From Ardenticatena sp. (lineage in GTDB: Bacteria; Chloroflexota; Anaerolineae; Ardenticatenales; Ardenticatenaceae): a stretch of 64,000 bases of DNA. A program made the position numbers and the translations under genes. The notes beneath the pieces were generated by a model. The model was not told the origin of the DNA. It worked only from the letters and a program-made list of their open reading frames with translations, and made no database searches. The stretch covers positions 11,091 through 75,090 of the forward strand of contig WFOS01000076.1 of the NCBI GenBank assembly GCA_015487975.1. Reading direction: 5' to 3'. Below are positions 16,740-27,200 of this stretch, piece after piece (the stretch's first letter is position 1; every line of letters starts with the position of its first letter).

Positions 16740-17309
16740 TCAAACAAGTTCGGGAATGATCAAACCGTAGTTGCCATCGCGCCGGCGATAGACCACGTTC
16801 ACTTGTCCTTCATCGGGGTTGTAGAAGATGAAGAAATTGTGCCCCAACAGTTCCATCTGCTCGATGGCTTCTTCGGGCGTCATGGGGCCCATCGCAAAAC
16901 GCTTCACGCGCACTAGTTTGAGTGGGCCTTCGCCTGCATCTTCCTGTTCCTGCAAGTCGGCAAGCCGCTCATTCATCGCGGTTTCAACCTTGTGTTGGTG
17001 GCGGGCACGAGCAATTCGCTTGCCCTTGTACTTCTCGATCTGGCGGTGCATCTTGTCCATGACAAGGTCGATAGCCGAATACAAGTCGGCTGAGCGTTCT
17101 TCGCCACGGAGCATCGCCCCACGTCCGTTGAACAATGTCACCTCCACCACGTTGCGCTGGGTGGCATCTTTGGTGTGTTCGTGGCGCAGTTCGACGACAG
17201 CCTCGGTTGCATCTGGCAGGTATCGTTCGAGTTTGCCGATCTTCTTGGCCAGATAGGCCTCCACGCGGTCATTCACCTCGATACCATTGCCAATGATTCT
17301 GATGTCCAT
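16740..17309 (-). CDS. hpf: Ribosome hibernation-promoting factor (long form)
   Basis: 'MDIRIIGNGIEVNDRVEAYLAKKIGKLERYL' plus the C-terminal dimerisation domain 'MTPEEAIEQMELLGHNFFIFYNPDEGQVNVVYRRRDGNYGLI'. Confidence 0.92.
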   Translation of the reverse strand: MDIRIIGNGIEVNDRVEAYLAKKIGKLERYLPDATEAVVELRHEHTKDATQRNVVEVTLFNGRGAMLRGEERSADLYSAIDLVMDKMHRQIEKYKGKRIARARHQHKVETAMNERLADLQEQEDAGEGPLKLVRVKRFAMGPMTPEEAIEQMELLGHNFFIFYNPDEGQVNVVYRRRDGNYGLIIPELV

Positions 17310-17423
17310 AGCGCCTCCTCTCCTTTGAGTCCCCCACCGGTTCGATTACCAGTGGTGCACAAATCGTACCATGCGCAGATACCAGCGTCAAGCGACAAAA
17401 AGCGATGCACCGAATGACGATGT

Positions 17424-18140
17424 TCACTTCACAGCAGGAAGAAGGGCGCGACTCAATGCGAATCCGATGACAGCAGCCGCACCATGTTCGCGCAAAACGT
17501 GTGCACACGCTCCCATCGTCGCACCAGTTGTGCAGACATCATCAACAAGAAGGACAACACGCCCCTGAACAACAGCCGTATCCCCGTGGCTGAGCGCAAA
17601 CGCATCAGCCACATTCAACAACCGTTCCCGTCGACCACACCCAACCTGAGGTGGTGTTTCCCGCGTTCGCTGCAACACGTCGGCATAGGGGCTTCCTGTT
17701 GCGCGTGCCACCACCTGCGCCAGCAATGCTGCCTGGTTGTATCCGCGCTCTGCCAATCGCTGGGAATGTAATGGCACCGGCACGATAATCCCAGGCTGCA
17801 CACGCGCCGCAAGCATATGAGCAGCCATAAGATGCCCCAAAGGCACTGCGACAGCACGTTGCCCCCCATATTTGAGGGCATGCACAGCACGACGGGCACT
17901 TCCGCGATGCGGCCCAACCACCAACAACCGATCGAGAGACGCAGGAATTGAACACCGATGCCCTGGGGTGAATGGCTCATCACAACGGGCACAGCGGGGT
18001 TCAGGGAATCGTGGCCATTGTGCCAGACACGCTGGGCACAGCAGTGTGCCAACAGCACGACAGACCACGCAACGAGGTGGGAAAAGCAAATCCAAAAGGA
18101 CGTTACCCATACGTTGGAGACGGTCAAGCATAGGAGCCAT
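17424..18140 (-). CDS. comF: ComF-family phosphoribosyltransferase-domain protein
   Basis: N-terminal zinc finger 'PPRCVVCRAVGTLLCPACL...CARC' and PRTase motif 'VVLLVDDVCTTGATM'. Confidence 0.85.
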   Translation of the reverse strand: MAPMLDRLQRMGNVLLDLLFPPRCVVCRAVGTLLCPACLAQWPRFPEPRCARCDEPFTPGHRCSIPASLDRLLVVGPHRGSARRAVHALKYGGQRAVAVPLGHLMAAHMLAARVQPGIIVPVPLHSQRLAERGYNQAALLAQVVARATGSPYADVLQRTRETPPQVGCGRRERLLNVADAFALSHGDTAVVQGRVVLLVDDVCTTGATMGACAHVLREHGAAAVIGFALSRALLPAVK

Positions 18141-18173
18141 CCTGGTAGGTTGTGATTTGTGGAGTGTTGCCGT

Positions 18174-18539
18174 TTAGCGAGCGATATCGTGAACAGCGAG
18201 GGTATCACCCACTGCTGTGTGGGTCCGTTCGATTGTGCCAGGAGGAAGTTCCAAAACAGCGTAAGCCCCTCGATGAACTGGCCCGACGCGCCATGGCGGT
18301 ACAGTCGGATGCACACTCAAGACGCGCCAGATCTCGTCTAGAAACAACACATCGATGGGAAAACGCATGAAAAAAGTGTGAATAGACCAATCTGGAACAA
18401 GAAGCAACCCGTCATCGGGTGCCAGCGACCGCTGAAACATCAAACCACGCAAGCGCGAGAGGAACGTATCGGCACGGCGGGCGTGTTCGCACACAACTGT
18501 TTGCCGCGTTGTATTTTCGATACGCAGAGGTGTCATCAC
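18174..18539 (-). CDS. DUF192-domain protein
   Basis: 'ADTFLSRLRGLMF...LLLVPDWSIHTFFMRFPIDVLFLD...AYAVLELPPGT' is the DUF192 pattern. Its start overlaps the tadC stop (ATGA). Confidence 0.8.
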   Translation of the reverse strand: MMTPLRIENTTRQTVVCEHARRADTFLSRLRGLMFQRSLAPDDGLLLVPDWSIHTFFMRFPIDVLFLDEIWRVLSVHPTVPPWRVGPVHRGAYAVLELPPGTIERTHTAVGDTLAVHDIAR

Positions 18540-19468
18540 AGCGCACCCAATGCATCCATAATGCGCGGGATCGCCGGCCCCAGCAACACAATGAAGATTG
18601 CTGGGAAAATCAGGAAAACGAGGGGGAAGAGCATCTTGATCGACGCTTGTTGGGCCTGTTCTTCTGCCCGTTGTCGGCGGCGAATACGCATTTGCTCGCT
18701 CTGGGTACGCAAGACCTTGGCGATCGAAACACCCAGCTGGTCAGCCTGAATGATGGCAGCCACGAAGCCGCGAATTTCATCCACCTGTGTACGCTCAGCA
18801 AGATCGCGTAGAGCTTCGCGGCGTGTTTTCCCCAAACGGATTTCGGTAATCACGCGGTTGAATTCTTTTGCCAGTTCGTTATCGCCCCACTTTTCTGCGA
18901 CCTTTGCCATCGCCTGGTCGAACCCCAAACCGGCTTCCACACTAATCGTCATCAAGTCCAGGGCATCTGGCAATGTTTTGAGAATCATTTTACGCCGATC
19001 TTGAATTTTGCGATTGATCCAGATTCCTGGAAGCAAAAAACCAAGCAACCCGAAGCCAATGGCAAAGCCAATGACACGAATCAGTGCGGCACCACTCAAA
19101 AAGAGCAAAATTCCAGGCAAGGCCCCCAGCACGATAGCAGCCAGACCACGAACCCCCAAAAAGTCCGCAGGTGTCCAATCGTTGGGATTGCCGGCCGCCT
19201 CCAGAAGGGCACGCTGATTTTCAAGCACCTGCTGCGGGGTGAAGCGCGAAATTGTCGAAGCAAGCGAGCGAATCAGTGGGCGCAAAACACGTTCGGTGAA
19301 TGGCTCTTCCAGTTCGAGCTCTTGCAACGATGTCACTTGTCGGGTGCCATACCGAGCGATACGCTCGCTCACATCTTCGGTTTCGGTCTGCAATGCGCCT
19401 GAAAGTCCGAGGATAATCAAAAAGACGCTTGCGCCTGTCAACAATGCCACCAGGAGTGGAATCAACAT
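18536..19468 (-). CDS. tadC: Type II secretion system F-family protein (TadC-like)
   Basis: T2SSF-type topology with 'LPDALDLMTISVEAGLGFDQAM'. ORF trimmed to ATG 19468, which has a GGAGGG RBS. Confidence 0.85.
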   Translation of the reverse strand: MLIPLLVALLTGASVFLIILGLSGALQTETEDVSERIARYGTRQVTSLQELELEEPFTERVLRPLIRSLASTISRFTPQQVLENQRALLEAAGNPNDWTPADFLGVRGLAAIVLGALPGILLFLSGAALIRVIGFAIGFGLLGFLLPGIWINRKIQDRRKMILKTLPDALDLMTISVEAGLGFDQAMAKVAEKWGDNELAKEFNRVITEIRLGKTRREALRDLAERTQVDEIRGFVAAIIQADQLGVSIAKVLRTQSEQMRIRRRQRAEEQAQQASIKMLFPLVFLIFPAIFIVLLGPAIPRIMDALGAL

Positions 19469-19476
19469 AAGCCCTC

Positions 19477-20436
19477 CTAAACCTCGATCGCAATGATCTT
19501 GCGAATGGCGAAGTTCCCTGCCACGATGAGGAAAATAGCCGTCACGAGCATAATCCAGCCACACGTGGTTGTATAAAGCAGCGAAACATATTCACGATTG
19601 ACCATGAACATAAACAAGAAGAGGGCCACAGGAACGAACGTCAATACCCATCCAGCGAGGCGCTGCTGTGATGTCAGAACGCGGATTTCGCCTTGAATGC
19701 GCACACGTTCGCGAATGGTATGCGCCAGAATATCCAAAATTTCTGCCAAGTTCCCACCGACCTCTTTTTGAACGTTGATGGCGGTAATCATCATGTCCAG
19801 GTCGTCACTCGGGACACGTTCCAACAAGTTTTTCAGCGCCTGCTCTTCGGTAAGCCCAAGCCCCACCTCACGAATGACCACACGGAATTCGGCGCCAATG
19901 GGGTCGGGCATTTCCCGCGAAAGGACTTCCATGCTCTGAAGCAGACTATACCCAGCACGCAAGGAATTTGCCAGCAAACCAATAGCATCCGGCAACATAT
20001 CGTTGAATTTATTTATGCGACGCTGTTGCCGCATGCGCAACCAGATGCGCGGCAGAAATATCCCCACAATTGCGGCCCCCATCGCCAGGACAATATTCCG
20101 GAACAAAATCCAGCCGAGCAATCCCATGAGAAGAACGGTGAGGAGATTGAACGTGAACCACTCGCGCGGTGTCAGTTTCAAATCGGCGCGAGCGAGCTCC
20201 ACAAGCAGACCGCTTCGTCGTGCCTGTTCCTCCGCCAGTTCGTCAAGAAAACTTCCACCCGAATCCGATTCATCATCGATGATGTCTAGAAACTCGAACT
20301 GGCCGCTTTCGCGATGGGCATATCGTTGCAAGCGGTCGTCGACAATTTCAGCCGGTGCACTCAAAACTTGTGCCAGCCCAATGAAAACGAGCAGAATGCT
20401 GAGCCCAACCAGCCCTGCTGCAACCAACGGCGTCAT
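19477..20436 (-). CDS. tadB: Type II secretion system F-family protein (TadB-like)
   Basis: 'LPDAIGLLANSLRAGYSLLQSMEVL' and three or more TM segments. Confidence 0.85.
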   Translation of the reverse strand: MTPLVAAGLVGLSILLVFIGLAQVLSAPAEIVDDRLQRYAHRESGQFEFLDIIDDESDSGGSFLDELAEEQARRSGLLVELARADLKLTPREWFTFNLLTVLLMGLLGWILFRNIVLAMGAAIVGIFLPRIWLRMRQQRRINKFNDMLPDAIGLLANSLRAGYSLLQSMEVLSREMPDPIGAEFRVVIREVGLGLTEEQALKNLLERVPSDDLDMMITAINVQKEVGGNLAEILDILAHTIRERVRIQGEIRVLTSQQRLAGWVLTFVPVALFLFMFMVNREYVSLLYTTTCGWIMLVTAIFLIVAGNFAIRKIIAIEV

Positions 20437-20457
20437 GGTGCCATCTCCTCACCCGTA

Positions 20458-21837
20458 TTAGCGTCGCACACCGAAAATTTGTGGTGGCAGGTGAATATCG
20501 TGTTCTTCCAGCCGGTTCATAAAGCGCGGAATGATGCCAGTGGGGCGCAGGCGACCAATGATGCGACCATTTTCGTAGCCCGTTTGCTGGAAGACGAAAA
20601 TGTCTTGCATCACAATCACATCACCTTCCATGCCCTGCACTTCGGAGATGTGCGTAATCTTGCGCGTCCCGTCACGGAATCGTTCTTGGTGTACAACAAG
20701 GTCCACAGCGCTGGCGATCTGCTCACGAATTGCCCGCAATGGCAAATCCATACCAGCCATCAGGGACATGGTTTCCATACGCGCCAGGGTATCGCGCGGG
20801 CTGTTGGAGTGCAACGTTGTCATCGACCCTTCGTGGCCAGTATTCATCGCCTGCAACATGTCCAGCGTTTCACCACCACGACACTCACCAACCACGATAC
20901 GGTCGGGGCGCATACGCAATGAGTTGATCACAAGATCACGAATGGTCACTTCACCACGTCCTTCGATGTTAGGGGGGCGGCTTTCCAGCGTGACGACATG
21001 TTCCTGGTGCAATTGCAATTCAGCAGCGTTCTCGATCGTGATAATGCGTTCCCCCTCTGGAATGAAACTCGACAAGACATTGAGCAATGTCGTCTTCCCG
21101 GAACCAGTACCACCGCTAATCACAATATTCAACTGCGCCTGAACACAGGCCTTCAAAAATTCCATCGCTTCCTTGGTACAACTACCAAAGCGGATCAAAT
21201 CCTCGGCTGTCAAACGGTTGCGACTAAACTTGCGGATGGTAATCGTGGGGCCATTCAATGCCAATGGGGGAATGATGATATTCACACGGCTTCCGTCAGG
21301 CAAACGTGCGTCTACATATGGCTGGCTCTCATCGACGCGGCGACCAATCGGTGAAACAATACGGTCGATAATGCGCATCACATGCTCATCACTATCGAAC
21401 TGAATAGGCACTTTTTCGAGTTTCCCTGCCCGCTCAACATAGATGTGGTTGGGGCCATTCACCATGATTTCTGAAATCGAGTCATCTTGCAAAAGCGGTT
21501 CGAGCGGCCCATATCCCAAAATTTCGGCAATAATGGCCTCGAAAAGCGAATTGCGTTGTGCGCGTGTTAGCACCATTCCGCTTTCGTTGAGATACTCCTC
21601 GAACATAGCGCGGATGGTGTTGCGCACCTCATCCTTTTTTGAAAGATCGATTTTGGGGTCTAGTTCAGCAATGAGCTTCGACTGGATTTCGCTCTTCAAT
21701 TCCGCAAATGAATCACGGGCCGCCGGTGCTAATGGCTGCCGCCGCAGACGTGTCTCGGGCGCAGATGAAGATGCCGAAGATGTGATCCTCGATTTGCCCT
21801 TGCCATCTTTTCCTTCCAATCGCCGCAAGAGACTCAT
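20458..21837 (-). CDS. cpaF: CpaF/TadA-type pilus assembly ATPase
   Basis: 'NIVISGGTGSGKTTLLNVL' (Walker A), 'RIITIENAAEL', 'RMRPDRIVVGECRGGE' and 'GHEGSMTTLHSNS' are the VirB11/CpaF family boxes. Confidence 0.95.
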   Translation of the reverse strand: MSLLRRLEGKDGKGKSRITSSASSSAPETRLRRQPLAPAARDSFAELKSEIQSKLIAELDPKIDLSKKDEVRNTIRAMFEEYLNESGMVLTRAQRNSLFEAIIAEILGYGPLEPLLQDDSISEIMVNGPNHIYVERAGKLEKVPIQFDSDEHVMRIIDRIVSPIGRRVDESQPYVDARLPDGSRVNIIIPPLALNGPTITIRKFSRNRLTAEDLIRFGSCTKEAMEFLKACVQAQLNIVISGGTGSGKTTLLNVLSSFIPEGERIITIENAAELQLHQEHVVTLESRPPNIEGRGEVTIRDLVINSLRMRPDRIVVGECRGGETLDMLQAMNTGHEGSMTTLHSNSPRDTLARMETMSLMAGMDLPLRAIREQIASAVDLVVHQERFRDGTRKITHISEVQGMEGDVIVMQDIFVFQQTGYENGRIIGRLRPTGIIPRFMNRLEEHDIHLPPQIFGVRR

Positions 21838-21853
21838 TCCATCCTCCCATTAC

Positions 21854-23209
21854 TTATGAACGACCAAACAGCTTTCCAAACAGAGACCCATCCTTGCCTT
21901 TCTTCGGTGTTCGAGCCTGTTGTTCACGCCTGCCAGCACGTCCAGCAGACCCTTCACTCTCATCCTGGTGTGGAGATGAAACCTTTTCGCTAAATCGTTT
22001 GGCAAGCCCCAAAACACCTTGGGCAATAGGGGTACGCTGCTGATTGATGACGAACGGAATCCCTTTGTTCAAGGCATCGATGGCAACGCGTTCATTCGCT
22101 TCGATGACAGCCAGCAACGGGTGCCGAATACTGGATTGAATTGCTTCCGGTTTAATACCGGTACGCACATCATACCGGTTGAGCACAAGCTCGATTTTGG
22201 ATTCATCGTAGCCCAATTGCTCACCAAGTTCAAAGAAGTTCTTTGTATTGCGAATAGCAGGGATTTCAGTTGTCATCACCAGCAAAATTTTGTCAGCATG
22301 ATCAAGAATCGTGAGAACTGGTTCATGGAGCGAGGTACGTGTGTTGACAAATACATAATCGTATTCCGAACGCAGCAATTCAAACATCTTGACGAATGTC
22401 TCAGGCGTCACCAATTCAGCATCCACAGGGGTCAATGGTGCCAAAAGCACCTTCACACCCGATGAATGCGTTACGGAAATATCATGCAAAAACTGGATAT
22501 CAGCTTCCTCAATCGCTTCGGCCAGGTCGCGGAGTGTGCGTGTGACTTCAAGGTTCAAGAACACACTGACATCACCAAATTGCAAGTCAGCATCGACAAG
22601 CGCCACCCGGGCCGAAGGATGCTGTTGTTGCAACGCCAATGCCATGTTCACGGCCAGCGTTGTGGCGCCCACTCCACCTTTTGCTCCGAAGATTGCCGTA
22701 ATCGTTGCCCCCCGTGTGACCTGAGGAGTGCTCATTCGTGCTGCTGTTGCTTGTGCGATCCCTTGCGCGATCCCACGCTGTTCAAGACCAGCCTGAGGGG
22801 AGATGGGCGTTTCTACCTGAGGCGGACGCATCTGCTGCGCCAGAGCATAGACCCGGCGAATACTGGTACTAAGTTCATCACTCGAAAATGGTTTGATCAA
22901 ATACTCGCGTGCGCCAGCCAACATAGAACGCCGTAGGTAATCGGCGTCGTTTTGCACACTCATCATAATGACCTGGGTGCCGGGAACTTCGCGTGTGAGC
23001 GCTTCGACCGTGGCGATCCCATCCATGCCCGGCATATTGATATCCATCAAAACGATATCGGGGCGCAGTCGGCGGGCCTGCTGAATAGCCTCTTCTCCGC
23101 TGCCAGCTGTTCCCACTACTTCGATATCGTTTTCGAAGAAGAGCAATTTCTTCAAGTTTTCACGCGTATCAGCGCTGTCGTCGACGATGAGTAAGCGGAT
23201 TGTGCTCAC
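21854..23209 (-). CDS. cpaE: Response-regulator receiver domain fused to a CpaE/MinD-like ATPase
   Basis: REC domain: 'IRLLIVDDSADTRE...DIVLMDINMPGMDG...KPF'. Deviant Walker A: 'ITAIFGAKGGVGATTLAVNMA'. Confidence 0.9.
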   Translation of the reverse strand: MSTIRLLIVDDSADTRENLKKLLFFENDIEVVGTAGSGEEAIQQARRLRPDIVLMDINMPGMDGIATVEALTREVPGTQVIMMSVQNDADYLRRSMLAGAREYLIKPFSSDELSTSIRRVYALAQQMRPPQVETPISPQAGLEQRGIAQGIAQATAARMSTPQVTRGATITAIFGAKGGVGATTLAVNMALALQQQHPSARVALVDADLQFGDVSVFLNLEVTRTLRDLAEAIEEADIQFLHDISVTHSSGVKVLLAPLTPVDAELVTPETFVKMFELLRSEYDYVFVNTRTSLHEPVLTILDHADKILLVMTTEIPAIRNTKNFFELGEQLGYDESKIELVLNRYDVRTGIKPEAIQSSIRHPLLAVIEANERVAIDALNKGIPFVINQQRTPIAQGVLGLAKRFSEKVSSPHQDESEGSAGRAGRREQQARTPKKGKDGSLFGKLFGRS

Positions 23210-23300
23210 GACGCCTCTCCTTCATGTCGGATATGCTCTTTTTAGCATCGAAAGGTACGCATCCCCAGAAAGAACATCGGACCGAATCGTCTCCCCAACA

Positions 23301-24128
23301 TCATTGCGTTGGTTCAACGAAGACCGAGTCCAACAACGCCTGATCCAACCCAAAGTTGGTAAGGATATAGCGTAGCGTGACCGGTTCGACGGTATATTCG
23401 GTTTCATCACCAGCCGGGCGCAATACAAAGATAGGTGTCATATATTGAGAAATATATGTCAAGATAGCCGCCTGTTGACGATCGACGAGCAATGTATACA
23501 TGTTTCCGGCTGCTGCTTCACCATCTTCGGCTGTCCATGGCGATGTGCGCAAAATTTCAATGTTTTGCAACGTAAAAGCCGTCATATTGATAGAAGTGCG
23601 GCTCAAGTTCGGCGGTAATGTCCCCCCCAAATCCTGAATCGATGCCGAGAACGAAACAATCAGGTCAACCGTATCACCCGGACGAATGGCGCCAGCCACG
23701 CTCGAAACTTCGTTGACTGGAAACGCCATAGCAACTTTTCCCTCGGGAATCAAGAAGGACACATCCGAACGTTGCGCCGCACTGGCTCCCAACTCTTCGG
23801 CGGCTGCTTCTTTATCCACAACCATATCTCGCACAATGGGTTGGCCCTGGTAAATATCTGTCGTTGCCAGCTTATTGGCAACACTCGCCGTATCTGTCAA
23901 AGCCCCGGTAGGAATCAACTCCACTGGCCAATCGCGTACTGTGATCGCATCCGGCGGGATGACACTTCGTGCTGGAATGGGCTGAATCGCGACAACAACC
24001 GGGCGCGTTTCAACCGGTGCTGCTTCTTCGCCTGACGATGTCGCCAACATGAAGAAAACCAACCCGGCGGAAACAACGGCCAAAATCAAACCAAGTAAGA
24101 CGAGGATTCGACCACGCATGCTATTCAC
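23301..24128 (-). CDS. cpaB: Flp pilus assembly protein CpaB/RcpC-like
   Basis: N-terminal TM segment, then a SAF-like 'VVVAIQPIPARSVIPPDAITVRDWP' and the RcpC-type C-terminal domain. Confidence 0.8.
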   Translation of the reverse strand: MNSMRGRILVLLGLILAVVSAGLVFFMLATSSGEEAAPVETRPVVVAIQPIPARSVIPPDAITVRDWPVELIPTGALTDTASVANKLATTDIYQGQPIVRDMVVDKEAAAEELGASAAQRSDVSFLIPEGKVAMAFPVNEVSSVAGAIRPGDTVDLIVSFSASIQDLGGTLPPNLSRTSINMTAFTLQNIEILRTSPWTAEDGEAAAGNMYTLLVDRQQAAILTYISQYMTPIFVLRPAGDETEYTVEPVTLRYILTNFGLDQALLDSVFVEPTQ

Positions 24129-24200
24129 CTCGTATCTTCAAGTTGTTTGCGTATGGTGAGCATACCGTTTCTCATGGTTGCTGGCAAGTCAACCACGTGC

Positions 24201-27200
24201 TCAACGGAAAATAACAGGTAAATAGACATCACAATTGGGTGGACAAACGATCCTTTCGACGATGAGCCCATCAGGCAAAACACCTGTACCACCATCAGGG
24301 TTACGAACATACACATCCCATGCGCCGTTCAACTGCCCTAACAAGTCAAATGTGGCTTCAATTTGGGAACTTGAAAGCGATGTCACCACACCATCGATGC
24401 GTGCATTCTCTTTCTGAATCCAGACGGAAGCCCCTGTAGCAAAGTTCGCCCCGCTAATGGTGATGTTCTGATCATCCTGAGGCATAACACGTACCGGCGA
24501 GACAGAAACGACTTCAGGGCTTGGTGCAATGGCATCCGTCACTGTAATGACCAAGGGACCAATCAAATTATTCGTTTCAGGCCACTCTGGGATAGGCCAA
24601 CCATTTCCTGTACCACCATCGCCATCATCTGTATTGACCTGCGCATACACGTAATAGGTGCCAGGGGTTGCAAATGACGTATATGGCGTTCCCATCGAAT
24701 CGTCACTGGAAAGTGTCACACGCCCATTTTGCTGCAAAGAAGCCCCATTCACGTACCAGTAGGTGCCAACATCGGACAATTCCATGCGTGAAGGTGGATT
24801 CGGTTGCGAACGCACATACAAATCTGCCCAAATTCCCCACGTTTCTGGATCAGGGAGCTGATCGACGCTTGGCATTCCCGTCATACGTGCCTCGAAAGTA
24901 ATCACGACAGGCTCGCTAGTGCGTAAGACGGTGCGTGTCGCTGCCAACCCAGATGCCCAAAAATCACCAGCGACAGGGACGAAAATGGGTTCACCCATTG
25001 CAGCATGACCACTCGCATCCTTCACACCATACTCGGTATTGGCAATCCCACCTGCATCGACACTATCGACACGCACGGTATACGAAACAACACCACTTCC
25101 ACCTAGTCCCACAAGGTCAGTTGGCCATGTCCATGAAAGCACATCACCAACTACGACAGCACCATTGGATTGCAGCAAGGTCGTGTTCGCTGGAATACGG
25201 TCCGTTACAACGATGCCGGTCGCATCCATATCGCCCGTATTGGTAAATGCCAACGTAAACGTCACCACATCATTTGGCAGCACACCGCTCGATGGCTGGG
25301 CACGCTTGCTGATATGCAAAACGGGGCGGCTGGTCAATGTCAAGAGTGCCTCGTTGGACATGAGATCGCGAGCGGAAAGCGTTCGCGCCTGAGCCGTATT
25401 GGTGATAGCGGTTGTACCAGCCGGGAGTGGGCGATCGACCCGGACCCGGAAGGAGAGTTCACCACTCTGACCAATCGGCACTGAACCAACAACCCAACGT
25501 AGTTCCGGAAGGTTGGAGGCATCGGCACCGGGGCCACTGATTGAATCAGTGAGATACGTTGTGTGAAGCGGAATGGTGTCCGTCAACACAACATCGCTCA
25601 AATCGACGTTCCCCGTGTTGGTATAGACAATCCGATACAACACTTCATCCCCTGCTTTGGCCACTGCAGGAATGGCTTCTTTGCGAATGTCCAGCTGGAC
25701 TGTCGTGGTAATCGTGTTGAATACTGCGTTACTGAAAGCCGGTAAGCTATCAGTACTACTAATAGTGGCTGAGTTGAAAATGTCGTCTCCCGAAAATGCC
25801 TCGACATCCGTGTTCACTTGCACTTTGAACGTGAGTGTCCCACCACTGTGCGGTGCGATTTCTGGCACCAACCAGCGTAAAACAGGTGGTGTCTGGTTTG
25901 TATCATATTCAAAGGTAAAGTTTGCTGGATGTGTTTCCGAGCCAACGACATAGAGCGTGTTCGTCGGCACAGCATCTTCGATGACGACATTGCGCGCCGG
26001 TATATTGCTGGTATTGGAAATCTCCAATGTGTATTGGATCTCCTGACCAGGCACAACCAGGCCTTGCGGCGAGTTTGCCTTCGTGAAATCGAAGCGGACG
26101 ACTTCCAAGTCATTCAAGACCTGTGATCGATTGTTTCCTGGGTCTACATCGGGTCCAGGATAATCGATCTCGACCGTGTTGGTGATCACCGGGCGAGCCT
26201 CTTGCAACGGTAAGGCAGTCAGGACATCCGTTACACGCAGGGTCACAGTGATGGTATTCGTGACACCAGGTTCTACCCGTCCGAGATTGGCAGTGTACAT
26301 ACGATCGCCTGTTTGCGTCACCCCAGCAAATGCAAATGGATGCGACGCATTCACGAAATCAACATAGGAGGGGAAGGTCTCGGTCAACACCGCATTCGTA
26401 GCCACCGAATCTGCCGCCGTCGCGCGGTTTCCATACTGAATCGTGTATGTTATCAAGCTTCCACGGGCAATGAAACCTGTATTCAAACTTGCTTTCGAGA
26501 CCCACAAATCAGGAGGCGGAACTTCATACACCAACTGCACCCGCTGCACAGAGGGGGTTGTCTTTGTAAAGGCCGTTCCCATACGGATACGATATTGTAC
26601 GAACTGTCCGCTTGTTCCCAGAGGTAATTGAATCGAATCCGTGTAGATGCCGTCTGGCTGACGCAACGTTTGCGTGTAGGTACTGTGGAAAGGCCCTATC
26701 CAGGGAGCTTTCTGCAAGTTGCTCAAAGAGCCATCTGCCACGCGATATTCAATCGTGACAGTCACAGGAGTCGTATTCAGATCGAGAGTTGGGCTGATGA
26801 AAGTCGTCCACCGCAATTCGCGCAACGTGCGGTTCGAGAAAAGCACAATTGGGCGTGAGACGAACTCGCCATAAGGTGCATACTGGGATGCGGCCCCGCT
26901 CATCGAGCCATAATCGACGACATTCGTCCCTGGGGACGCAATCCCTTCACTCGCCCCGCCAATCACGTAAATCCATCCACGGCTCGAAATGACAGCATCA
27001 TGGAGAAATCGCGTAAGCGTCAGCGCCTTCGTCTCGAACCAGAAATCGATGCCGCCATCAGGACGCACGATCCCAGTCGTCACTTTGTCCGATGCTTGGT
27101 TCAAATTACTCCCAGATGCACCACCGATGATCAAAAACTGACCATTGTATTCCACAGCTGCAGCATGCCGCCGTTGTTCCGGCAAAGGCTGTGTCGTATT

